DNA of 52,771 bases from Octopus bimaculoides. Lineage: Eukaryota. Under the pieces are notes generated by a model. That model worked only from the letters and a program-made list of their open reading frames with translations. It did not search any database and had not been told where the DNA came from. Below are positions 22,762 through 34,330 of the stretch, piece by piece (the first letter of the stretch is position 1; each line of letters starts with the position of its first letter). Location: positions 43,992,310-44,045,080 of the forward strand of contig NC_068992.1 of assembly GCF_001194135.2 (NCBI RefSeq), read 5' to 3'. The position numbers and the translations under genes are program-made.

Positions 22762-23709
22762 AACACGTGTATGCATAAAATATATGCTCACACAGTTATT
22801 TCAATTGACATTTGTCCTGGAAGCTTTAAAACGTATTGTGCAGGTCAAATGAATGTAATAATATCGATATCATAAATATTTATCCATGAAACAAATGATC
22901 AAAGTATATTTTATGTATGGAGTTTACAATTAAAGTACATGTTTTTCACAGTTAAGCAGTTTTGTTTTTGGTGCATTAGAGGAAATTAGGTTAAAAATCG
23001 ATATCAATCTTGTAAAAGCTTTCTATCCTAATTAACTCTGCTGATGAGGATCTGAATTTCTCAATAAATATAAACATATCTGAGATATCACAGATTTAAT
23101 GATCGCTATATCTTGCATCTTGATAGAGAACTGTTATATGTCACCTCGTGTAACATTTCCTTCAATTCATTAATTTGATATCTTGTCACGTGGAATATTT
23201 TTCAGCTCCGCTGACATACGTTTTAGATTTACTTGGCAAGGTAATAATGTTTTGTGTTATGTATTGATATCATTATTGATTATTATGGAAACTTAATAGA
23301 AATTGTAAATATTTACGGGGTCAGTGTCCAGTAATTAACACCAGTAGTGACAGCTAATATATATGTTTATTTTGAACAACGTATAATATGAAAGCAAATA
23401 ATGATAGAAGCTTTATTATATAGTGGGACAAAATACTTAATATAGAAACACAGGGTCATTTCTTAATTGTTATTAACATTTGTATTGAATTTGTATATCA
23501 GTACTATTCAAAACTTTTGTTATAAAATAGAAGCAAATATTTGCTCTTTAATTCTAGATTTACTCAACACTAGAAGAAATACATCACGAAGACAGTCCTT
23601 CATCTTGAGAGTTTCTTTTAATGTTACACCCAACCCACAAAGAGAACCTAGTGTTTTGCAATAATACAACCCAATCATTGCATAATTAGGTAGATCTTGT
23701 TCATGACTT

Positions 23710-24140
23710 CGCCTCGTCACTTCTGCCAAACCCCAGTAACTTATGCAAAGACGTGTGCGGCCTGGAATACTCGTGATGAAAGACAACTCCCTTACGATTA
23801 GCGATTCTGAAGGATCACCACATATAATTTGTCCAGCTGGTTACAGTATACATCCGAAATGATGGTCCTGTCTGTGAAAAGAAGTTTGTAAATGAAAACA
23901 CCCTTCCAATCCCACCAAATTAAAAGAATAATCTTTTATGGGTGTTGTCAGACTTTAGATTTTGTGATTATTCGCCGGGTTTCCCCCATGATTATTTGCG
24001 CTTCATTTTCTGTTCCTTGTCACTATTCTTTTTGGAAGGGATCGTTTTCTTCAGGCATCTGCATCCAATCGCAGATAGACACTGGTTGGGCCATATTCTC
24101 CTTATTCAATTGATGTGGGATGCAAAAGCAGAGCCTGCTA
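23710..24140 (-). mobile_element. Mariner transposase central fragment
   Basis: SRLCFCIPHQLNKENMAQPVSICDW...ENDPFQK...WDWKGVFIYKLLFTDRTIISDVYCNQLDKL...ANRKGVVFHHEYSRPHTSL...KLLGFG shows the mariner WWDWKG and FHHDNARPH motifs in decayed form. Confidence 0.85.
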
Positions 24141-26099
24141 ATGTAAGTAATATTAAAATCTTATTGGGATTAACTTTGTTATTTTAATTAGTCTAATCAA
24201 ATTAATAAACACACTGCAAGAAGATTGAAATCGATGTATTATCTACAAATGTTCAGTGTCTAACAAAGAAAGTAACTATCATTTGCAACTTTATGGCGAC
24301 CTGTTTAGTTTCAGATTATTAAATGAAATTCAGAAGTTTTAATTAAGCATTTATGCTTCAGTTCTCATCATCCATAAATCAAGATGAAAGCAAATTAAAC
24401 TTTTGTTCAGTATATTTAATTAATGTTTGTTTTGCTTATTTGACCCAATTTAAAACAATTCTCACTGTTTATGGCATTCTTTCTTTTTTTTAACAGGGGA
24501 AAAGGACGACATAGGTTGATGAAGAGGAACATAAGAAAACAAAAACCAATAAAAACAAGCAAAATTTGTATTTGAAATGACCAATATATGACTGAGTGGA
24601 TGATACATTAGAATGTTAAGTTTAATTCTCGAAAGAAACTATTTTAAATCTTAGATTCACATTGTAAATGGATGAATGGTTTACAGCAGGATTTCCTCTT
24701 TTATTTCATGTGAAACGATCTTCTTTCAATTTATTACAATGTGTCATGTTTTATAGACAGTCATTTTGTTGTACGATGTATATAGTATTGCCCAGCAACA
24801 TAAAGCCAATAAAGAATCTCTTAAAGTATGTTTACAAATCTTCATTATCTTAAATATACAACAACTGTGTCTTGCTTCATGTATGTTAGTAAATATATAA
24901 TTCACTGAAGGTGGTGTATCTTTTTATTTTGACAAGAGATGTGTTAATAAACGTAATTAGTGAATAAATTTTTTTCCTTTTGAATTACAAAAAAAGAAAG
25001 CTTAATCCCTAATGTAGGAGTGAATACAATTGCATATAAACTGTAGACGTTATGAAAATAAAGCTGATACCATTTTGACTGGGAAATGAATTTCACATAT
25101 TTATCGAATATAGAAACAAGATAACGATGTTGCCATGTTTTCGGATTATCATGATTTTATAATCACAGATATTACTTGAGAATAAAACATAATGTTTAAA
25201 ATTTTCTTTTCGGCATTGTACACTATAAATTTACACTTACACTCTTACGTCAAACATATAAACAAATGCTCATTTTTATAATTCTATAATTTTTTTATTC
25301 CAGTCAGAAAACCTAATAACAAAGCTCCGTAAAGTTTGACATTTTACTGTTTAACGCTGTTCTGTGCATCTTGGGTGAGCGTTCTTTTGTTTTAGTTTTT
25401 TGTTTTCCTTCTTAATAAAAGTTTAATATGAAATATGTATGAAGTGTGTGGCGGGGTTATTTAAACACATTACCAGCATGCATGGTTTTTGTTCATCGCT
25501 ATGTTCAATCTTGGTGTTTCATACGTTTCAGCTGTGTCTAAATTTCTCAACTGAAAATCAATTGCCTCTTAGATGAAGAGTCATTCTCGAAACGTTAGCT
25601 TTCTCTTCTTCACGCCACATATGAACTATTCTAAATGAAAACTCTGATGAAACTGGTGGTGTACTACCGCATACGACTACCAGTTCCCTCAAAGTCTATG
25701 CTTTACGCATTTTTTTCTCTACCGCGTATTTGTCAACATGTCTTAATTGTATGTATTTGTTAAGATAATTATATATTTACGGAACAAATTTACATGAAGT
25801 ACAAAAATGCAGAAAACTAAGAGGAGAGAGTATGGTATTCTGAGTTCGACAGATGTTTCTGAGGACTCGGAATAACGAAATAGCAAGAATGTTGGCAAAT
25901 CAATAGATAATGTTATGGATCGGAAATAAGTAACTCAGTACAAAACGGGATTCTAAAATACAACCAAACACACCAGCTAAAACATTCCCAGTTATTTTGC
26001 TGCCTCTTCAATCTACCTCTCTCTCCACGCACACACACACACCACAACTCTATGACTTGTTAACATATACCATACCTTCGTTACTTATTTTAGATTTCT

Positions 26100-26320
26100 A
26101 TGTAATGGCATCTTTGGCCCAAGGGAACATCCGAGAAGTGACAAATGCAGAGAAAGATGGCTGCTCCACCAGGGCAGGGACTCATCACATTTCCGTAGTC
26201 TTGAGCAATGCAAAATGAAGTAGCTTGCTCAAGGACATAACGCTCTGTCCACTCAAGAATCTGAACCCACAATCTTATCATGGGCCGAATACCTTGATCA
26301 CTTGGCGACGCGTCTTCACT
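26100..26320 (-). mobile_element. tRNA-derived SINE, family C (decayed)
   Basis: The reverse complement has a tRNA-like head (CGTCGCCAAGTGATCAAGG...GTGGGTTCAGATTCTTG) followed by GTTATGTCCTTGAGCAAGCTACTT, a CORE/V-like central motif. Confidence 0.6.
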
Positions 26321-27819
26321 CTTATACACATAGACACACACACACACAGACACACTTATTTCTACCTACTCAAACAAATATAATGTTAAATACGTTGAGA
26401 TTGATGCTGTATTGATAAATATAGAACATCAGTTTTTAACTATTCAACTGAATCTCAGCTAATCTATATTTCTGATCAACTTTTGTAAATACTGGATGGC
26501 ATTGCAACCTCTTTTCAATGTCCACATAATACAGAAGCGAACAATTATCGGCAGTTAATGTGATTGACAAAGTCCAATGAAAAGTAATCTGAACAAGATA
26601 TGGAAAGAGAAGGAAGATATATATATATATATATATATATATANNNNNNNNNNNNNNNNNNNNNNNNNNNNNNNNNNNNNNNNNNNNNNTATATAGGGAG
26701 AGGGAGAGAGAAAGAGAGCGACTGAGAGGGAAAGTAGAATGGAGCTGAGAAGTAAAGAGCAGAGTGAATATAATCAATGTATGTAAGCTGTAACTGAAGT
26801 CGTAAATATTACATAGAAATACAGCGCACTTGCCGCTGTATAGTGAATGAAGACGGGAAATTTTAATTTCAGACGCATGCGCTGTTAGACCAGCGTTTCC
26901 TCTTTTATATTAGTCATTCAGTTTCCTTTTGTTTTGCAATTGTCCTTTTTTCTTTCTATAATTTTTTTTAAAACTTTTTTATCCTTTCATTCTTCAGTTT
27001 TACTTCTATGATTAGTTGCATCTTTCTTTCTCATACTCTTATCCTCCTTTTCTGTTATTGCTCTTAGCCATTCTTACCTTCGTTTCAAGAAAAAAAGAAA
27101 AAAAAAAGAAGAAAAAGAACTCGTATTGGTTTAAATATATCAAGGGCGATTAAACACAACTTTCTTTTATCTAGATGGAAGAAATCTAGGATTTGTTGAC
27201 AACAGTGAACTTTACATATCGATATTACATTATCTATTCTATTTAATATTATTCAACAGATCTATAGAATATTTATTTTAAACTTAGAAATACGATCTCC
27301 CAATGTATTATGGTGCCTATTATACGCCATCTAATAGAAGTTTCATAAGACTAGTGTATTCAAGACAGAAAAGAACAACTTTAAAAAATTCAAATAGGAT
27401 TAGCTTAGATTTGGTTAGTGATATTTTGAAAGTTGAGGAAAAAGAAGGACGAACAGATAACTGATAATATAATCATTCATTCCTCTATTAACAATGTTAT
27501 TAAAACAGAAAGAATAGAGGGTAACGGGCACGCTTATAAGCATGCGCAAGTCCTCTTTTCACTGTTCACGGGTTACCCCTCCATTCCGCGCTAAAAATTT
27601 GCCTCCAAATGTGTGGTGAATGATTCTACTCTCCCTTTTAACTTTTGTTTTGAAATATTAAGAATTTCAACCTCGAAGCTGTGGCTATGTAAATGGCTCT
27701 TCTCCGAAATTAAAAACTAATTAGTCTGAAACGTAGTGATAAGGTACATAATAGATTATCTACAGGTTTTGACGATTCGGGAATTTTAGTCGAAGAATTG
27801 TCCCAAATACTTATTTTTT

Positions 27820-27920
27820 AAAGACTGGTACTTCTTGCGGAGTTGTTGAGTTACGGGGACGTAAACACTCCAGCTGTGGTTATCAAGCAGTGGTAGGGGT
27901 CAAACACAGACACTAACACA
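27820..27920 (-). mobile_element. SINE family B internal fragment
   Basis: GAGTTACGGGGACGTAAACAC...TCAAGCAGTGGTAGGGGTCAAACACAGACAC aligns to 12528-12600. Confidence 0.7.
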
Positions 27921-27986
27921 AACACATGAGCGCAAGCACCCCACCTCCACATATAAATAAATATATACATATATACATATATATAT

Positions 27987-29131
27987 GCGGGCTGAAAAGT
28001 TCATAGACTGACTATGAAGGAGTGCTGCTAGGATTGTGATATCTTGCGTGCATTAATTTCAACTGTTCTTCTTAATAACTACATTGTGTCTTCCAAGAAA
28101 AACTGACATCTGAGTAGTCAAAGAACACTTCAAAATTTGGCATTGTTATGTTATCAAAACATTTAAGGAAACATTTAAGGCACCAGGAAATTCATGATAA
28201 CATGGTTGCTACATTGGGATCTGAGACTCCAGCTTTGTCAACAGTGCAAAAGTGGGCAGCTGAATTTAGGAGGGGATGAGGGAGTCTTGAAGACGACACA
28301 AAGTCCAACAACGAAGAAAACATTGATTGTTTTCACCAACGGATGATTGATGATATGTGACTGATCATAAATGCTATTAGCATTTCCCGTGAGAGAGATG
28401 GGAATATTCTGCACGATGTATTTGGCATGACTGAGGTTTCTTCTCAGTGGATGCCACGTTTTCTGACACCTGATCAAAAGCGCACCAAGCTGATCATATC
28501 ACGAAAAATCTGATATTGTTTGAAGTAGATGTTGCCGGTTTCCTTGGACGTTTGCTAACCTATGATGTTGTATTGGGTTCGTCACTTTGAGTCAGAGGCA
28601 AAAGTATGAGCCATGCAGTGGAAACACCTCTCCTCACATGTCTCAGAGAAGGCATTGAGTTTATTGAGTATCTTCAAAACGGCAACACCATCAAAAGAGA
28701 GAACGATTCCAACTTGTTGAAGCAGTTACGAAAAACTATCAAGACCAAACTCCCAAGAAAATTGACAAAAAAGTGTTTTGTTTCATCAGAACAATGTCCC
28801 AGTAGACAAGTCGTTGGTTTCAATGGCCGTTGTGCGTGACTGTGGCTTTAAATTTGTGAATCATCTTCCCTATTTTTCTGATTTGGCCCCATCTCACTAC
28901 CGTCTGTTCTCGAACATGAACGAAAAATATTGACTTGGAGCATGTATTGCAGTGATGATAACGTCATATCTGCGATTGATGACTTTTTCACCAACAGGAG
29001 GAAAGCTTCCTTACCTATGGGACAGAAGCACCGCAACACTGATGAAAGAAGTGTGTAAGGCACAAGGACCACACATTCACATCCTATGAGAATATCTTGG
29101 TCAGCCTATGAACTTTTCAGCCGACCCTAGT
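27987..29131 (+). mobile_element. Near full-length mariner (DD34D) relic with both TIRs; transposase pseudogene
   Basis: TIRs GGCTGAAAAGTTCATAGACTGAC (27990-28012) and GTCAGCCTATGAACTTTTCAGCC (29100-29122) match at 22/23 positions. Translation pieces: LSTVQKWAAEFRRG, WMPRFLTPDQK, EYLQNGNTI...LLKQLRKTIKTKLPRKL, PYFSDLAPSHYRLF. The element is embedded in TA-rich microsatellites. Confidence 0.93.
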
Positions 29132-29206
29132 GTGTATGTATGTATGTATGTATGTATGTATGTATGTATGTATGAATGTGTGTGTGTANNNNNNNNNNGT
29201 GTGTGT

Positions 29207-29249
<43 letters not shown>

Positions 29250-29250
29250 C

Positions 29251-29285
<35 letters not shown>

Positions 29286-30410
29286 CATGCGCACGTGTGC
29301 ATGTATACATGTGTCCGCATGTATATGCTTGCACATCTATACATTTAATTTATATATATGTATGTGCGAATTTTTTTTTTCTTTTTAGTATGTGTGCATG
29401 CGTGTGTGATGACACGTACAAGATTTCTCTTTTTTCCTCTCTTTATTTCTTTACTTATTTATTTATCTACGTATTTGCTTATTGGACAACATAACGTACA
29501 AACTATGTGAATTATCCAAGTGACATTTTTATGATTCGTTCTAGAACAATCCAGAGGGAAATTTATCAATAACCATATAAATCCACGGACCTTTACCCTC
29601 TGACTAGTTTGATAAGTGCCAACGCAGGAAATTCTCGTACATTGAGTCACTGTTACTTCTACTAAATATTAATATATAATTTATGGTATCTTAGTATATA
29701 TCTATATATTATAAGTGAGTGTGGAGTGTATGCTTCTGTATCTATATACCTGCCTAAATCACATCTCTATTATCGAAGCTGTATAGATATTTAGCTCCTT
29801 GAACTTTACCGTTACTATAGTAACTTTTCATTAATAATCACTGCACTAGAATTAATCGTAGTTGTTTATCAGTAATATTGGCATATAACCGATGGATAGA
29901 GATCGATTAACGTAGAATGAATTTCATCAAAAGAAATTGTCAGCTAATGTGTGCACAAAGTATTAATTTTCTCTTCTCAACACTGTATATGATGAATGAC
30001 ATATTGATTAGGAAGTAGCACATCAACTTCGACCGATGGCACTTACTGAAGAATTATCAATGTAGTGTCACACTGATAAATGTCATTCTGAATATCTCTG
30101 CTGTACAATATCTAAGGTCAATAGAGAATTTCATGTTATTTATATTGTGTGCTTTTGTTTGTTTTACAGTCAGTGCTAAGCGTGAATTCTTTTGAGCCCA
30201 AAGCGTAAAATGTCAAAATGTCATTATTTGAAGCTAAACCGCAAAATATGATTTTAGATTGACCGAACCAATATATATACAGAAATCAGAGAATGAAACC
30301 ACAATCACCCATACAAATATCTAGAAATAGACGAAACAGCTAAAATGCAACGCGGAAATGAAAGAGAAAATTAGGGGAGAAGAGTTTGACTAATATTAAA
30401 CACTGAACAA

Positions 30411-30625
30411 AGGCGGTGAGCTGGCAGAAACATTAAGCACGCCGGGCGAAATGCTTGGTGGTGTTTCGTCTGTCTATACGTTCTGAGTTCAAATTCCGCT
30501 GAGGTCGACTTTGCCTTTCGTCCTTTCGGGGTCAATAAATTAAGTACCAGTTGCGTACTGGAGGTTATCTAATGGACTGGCCCCCTCCCCCAAAATTTCG
30601 GACCTTATGCCTAGAGTAGAAAAAT
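30411..30625 (+). mobile_element. Full-length tRNA-derived SINE, family A
   Basis: A-box-like GAGCTGGCAGAAAC and B box GAGTTCAAATTCC, then GAGGTCGACTTTGCCTTTCGTCCTTTCGGGGTCAATAAATTAAGTACCAG (a central domain of the type shared across metazoan SINE superfamilies), then the tail CCTAGAGTAGAAAA. Confidence 0.9.
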
Positions 30626-30789
30626 GCTGAACTTAATGGTAAAAATTAAGCAATAGGGATAAATGCGTTCGCCAAACTAGTCGTAAATTAGATTCAATAT
30701 AATAAACTGGAAGATTAGTGAATTGAGAATCTTAGATAGATATACCAGAAAACTATTAACAGCATACCGAAGTCACTACCCCCAAAGTA

Positions 30790-31620
30790 GACGCAGTCAA
30801 ACATATCTACCTCGCTCAGAAGGAGGTCGCAGCTTGACAGAGAGAGAGAGAACTACTATAAAATAATAACAGCTTGACTAGAAACATACTTAGAAACAAT
30901 TAGTGGAAGACTACTACATGTAATAACGTAACATGAAAAAAGTGAACACAGTAGAAATGGTCAAAGAGACAAAAATAACATGAAAACAGAACTACGAAAC
31001 ATACCAAGAAGAAATGGAGAAAAAATACCCACTCCATGGCCAATACCCTGCAAGGCTTGACAGAGAAGAAATAAAAACCAGTAATGGCTCGAAAACTCTG
31101 GACTAACAGCAGAAAAGAATGGATTGATTCTCGCTGCACAAGACTAATGCATGACCACAAACAGCTATAAAAGCAAAATAATGAAAACAAACACTAACAC
31201 CAATTGTAGAATTTGTAACCAACATAGTAAGGCAGTTGACCATATCATTTCTGGTTGTCTAGTCCTAGCAGATCTGATTATTTATACAGACATGACAGAG
31301 TATGTAGTTGTATCCACTGGACAACATGCCAAAACTACATCATAAAAACTAACAAGAGATTGTATAAACATTAACCAAACAAGGTACAAGACAACGACCA
31401 GGTTACAACCATCTGGAATATGCCTGTTCAAACTGACAAAGCATGCAAAGGTAATATCCCAGATGTAGTATTCAAGTATTGGTAAAATAATACTTGCTTA
31501 TTGTTAGACATTGCAGTCCATTCTGACCCTAGTATTTTCTAAAAAGAAGTGGAGGAACTGTCAAAATATAAAAATCTCAAAATTGAAGTTTTCAAGACGT
31601 GAAAACAATACCAGTTAACG
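30790..31620 (+). mobile_element. R4/Dong-clade (RLE-type) non-LTR retrotransposon, 3' part of the ORF
   Basis: Across frameshifts: YLPRSEGGR.L, LHGQYP, GLILAAQD, CRICNQHSKAVDHIISGCLVLA (CCHC knuckle), YRHDRV, WNMPVQTDK..KGNIPDVVFK...CLLLDIAV, KEVEELSKYKNLKIE (PD..D restriction-like endonuclease). Confidence 0.88.
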
Positions 31621-31664
31621 ACTTGAAAATTGGAATTACATGGTTAAAAAGTTTACTGAAAAGG

Positions 31665-31723
31665 TAGAGAGAGAGAAAGAAAGAGAGAGAGAGGGAGAGA
31701 GAGAGGGAAAGAGAGAGAGAGAA

Positions 31724-31782
<59 letters not shown>
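31665..31782. repeat. Compound (GA)n microsatellite
   Basis: Directly visible. Confidence 0.95.
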
Positions 31783-32204
31783 AATGTAAAGTGTTTAGCA
31801 AAGGGAAATTTTAAAATCATATTGTGACTGGAAGTGAAATAACTTAGCAAAATAGCTATGGATGTTTCTTCTTTTTAATTTGCAATGCGATTGAAAGTAA
31901 TCATATAAATAAAGACATTGTCTATATTCTTTATATCATTTTGTGATCATTAAATGTGTATAATGTAAAGTAATTATGACAAAATATTGCACATCAGGAA
32001 TATGCAATTATATATTCAGCTTGCAGTTTGAAAAGAATACTAATGAATGGCATGTGTGTTAAGTATTGTACATGTTGTTATTGTATATTTATGTATCATT
32101 TATTGCACAGACAACAGCAAGATGCATATGCAGTAAAAATGCAAATCAGCCTTTCTTCCTTAAATAACCCCTCCTAATTTTTCGTTTTGCAGATCCCCCT
32201 CCCC

Positions 32205-32380
32205 CCAGTTGTTGGCACTCCGTCGCTTACGACGTCGCGGGTTCCAGTTGATCCGATCAACGGAACAGCCTGCTCGTGAAATTTACGTGCAAGCACTCCA
32301 CAGACACGTGTACCTTTAAGGTAGTTCTCAGGGATATTCAGCGTGACACAGTGTGACAAGGCTGACCATTTGAATTACAG
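32205..32380 (-). mobile_element. SINE family D 3' portion
   Basis: The reverse complement CTGTAATTCAAATGGTCAGCCTTGTCACAC...TTTCACGAGCAGGCTGTTCCGTTGATCGGATCAACTGGAACC...GACGGAGTGCCA aligns to 46023-46140. Confidence 0.75.
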
Positions 32381-32412
32381 TGTATATGTATAAATATACA
32401 GATATTATAACA

Positions 32413-32621
32413 GGTGCAGACGTGACTGTGATGTTAGAAGTTTGCTTTCCGACCCTATTGGCTCCATCCTACTATGTGGTACCTTGGGAAGCGTCTTCCA
32501 CTAAAGCCTCGGGTTGACCAAAGTCTTGGGAGTGGATCTGGCAGACGAAAACTGAAAGAAATCCGTCGTATATACATGCATGCATACATACATACATAGA
32601 TACAAATGTTTGTATGTATGA

Positions 32622-32660
<39 letters not shown>

Positions 32661-32661
32661 C

Positions 32662-32698
<37 letters not shown>

Positions 32699-32820
32699 NN
32701 NNNNNNNNACCAGGCTTTAAAAAATAAGTACTGAGCTCGAATCATTCTATTAAAACTTTTCAAGGCGGTGCCCCAGCATGGTCACAGTCTAATGACTAAA
32801 ACAAGTAAAAGATAAAAGAT
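32413..32820 (+). mobile_element. Full-length SINE family B with an internal compound microsatellite
   Basis: tRNA-like head, then GGTACCTTGGGAAGCGTCTT (CORE-like), then GAAAACTGAAAGAAATCCGTCG, then (TA/TACA/TG)n containing an N gap, then the 3' half GGCGGTGCCCCAGCATGG...AACAAGTAAAAGATAAAAGAT. Confidence 0.8.
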
Positions 32821-33216
32821 ATATATTAATGTACTGAGTTCTATTCAAATCGTTTGTTCTACGAAGCCTCTGTGTATGTGTGTGCTTGTATGTGTGTGCT
32901 TGTATGTGTGTGTTAATGTGCGTGGTGTGTGTCTGTAAGTCTCAGTGCACTTGAAAACAATGGTGTTGTACTATGAAATATATTAGTGCAACATTGTGAA
33001 TAGCTGTTGCGTCGTCATAGACACGTGATACGTCGCGGAAAATGAAAGTGTTTTTTACTAGTGTCTTGTGTGTTTGTGTGTACGTTTGTGCCTATATGTA
33101 TCGTAACGTAGGAGTGGAAATGTGGAGAAGTATAATCAAAAGGATATTTTATGCAATGCAAGCATATATATATATAGAGAGAGAGAGAGAGTGAGAGAGA
33201 CATAGATATAGATATA

Positions 33217-33536
33217 CAGTAATCCCTCGACTATCGCGGATGTTACGATCCAAAACTCTCTGTGATAGGTGAAAATCTGCGAAGTAGAAATAGTACTGTA
33301 TATATATTTTTATTATTTTTATAATTTGTATATATTTATTTTATTATAAATGCAAGACAACACCATACACTCGCCTCTCGAGTTTCGTTTTCCATTTTAA
33401 TTTTTAGGCGCGAAAATCCTTATTTTTACCACTGAAATAATTAAAATCTAAACATATATAAATACCTATTGCGATATAAATTTACATATATTAGCCAGAA
33501 AAATACACGATGTACTGAGGGCGAGATAGGTTACTG
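33217..33536. mobile_element. Tigger/pogo-like non-autonomous element (MITE)
   Basis: Starts TA|CAGTAATCCCTCGACTATCGCGG, has an AT-rich non-coding interior, and ends in a partly deleted TIR ...GGTTACTG. Confidence 0.7.
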
Positions 33537-34122
33537 TTGTTGGCAGAGTATCTGGGAATACATCATGTGGAGACACTTGGTGTCTGCCCCGTTTCGTGGT
33601 ACTATATATATCACACTATATTAATGTACGGCACTAAAGTGACATATACAGAAGGCACGTTATAAAAGTGGCGACGATTGATTCGAAGCTTAATTGGTCA
33701 TTAACAATTTTTTTATGATACAAAATATTCGTTAATTATGGAAGACCTATTAGCTGACTAATGGAGATAAAAGACCTCCAACGAAGTCATTTGTTCTCAG
33801 TAATATGCCTATCCTTCTGGCTGCTTTTCGATAGTTATAAAAAGAAGAACTCCATAAGCTAAAGGCAGTTATTGAGAGCGAACATCAGTGAGTGTGAACG
33901 TTATGATTGCATTTTCTTAAAATACTTTATTCATATATTTATATACATACAATCTCTCCCTCCTCCAGTTGACAGTTTTTGTACTTTTTCGTGACGGAAA
34001 AAGGAAAAAACACTTTTTGTGGCATTTATAACGAAATATCTTTCTTATATCAGATTAATAAGCCATTTCAATACATCTTTACCCCCTGGGAATTACAGGG
34101 TACACCAGCTAGTATATGTATG

Positions 34123-34167
<45 letters not shown>

Positions 34168-34177
34168 NNNNNNNNNN

Positions 34178-34230
<53 letters not shown>

Positions 34231-34246
34231 CGCGCGCGCGTATTCA

Positions 34247-34330
34247 TAGTAATCCCTTGCTATATCACGGTTCACCTATTGTGGTTTCTTGAAGCTTACG
34301 TTCGTTTTCTTAAAATATTTTAGCCATGAA
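34247..34330. mobile_element. Isolated Tigger-like MITE terminus
   Basis: TAGTAATCCCTTGCTATATCACGG resembles the TIR at 33217. Confidence 0.55.

Noticed and set aside
23041-23066. CTGATGAG...CTCAATA
   Set aside because: There is no GAAA and stem II does not form.
23520-23786. 88-aa minus-strand ORF
   Set aside because: Its first part is an alternative frame of the mariner relic and the remainder has no recognisable motif or splice support.
25644-25690. CTGATGA followed by a long hairpin (AACTGGTGGT...ACTACCAGTT)
   Set aside because: The hairpin is followed by CCCT rather than GAAA, and there is no stem III or stem I, so it is not a hammerhead.
30411-30495. tRNA-like A and B boxes
   Set aside because: This is the head of a multi-copy SINE and does not form a complete cloverleaf, so it is not called a tRNA gene.
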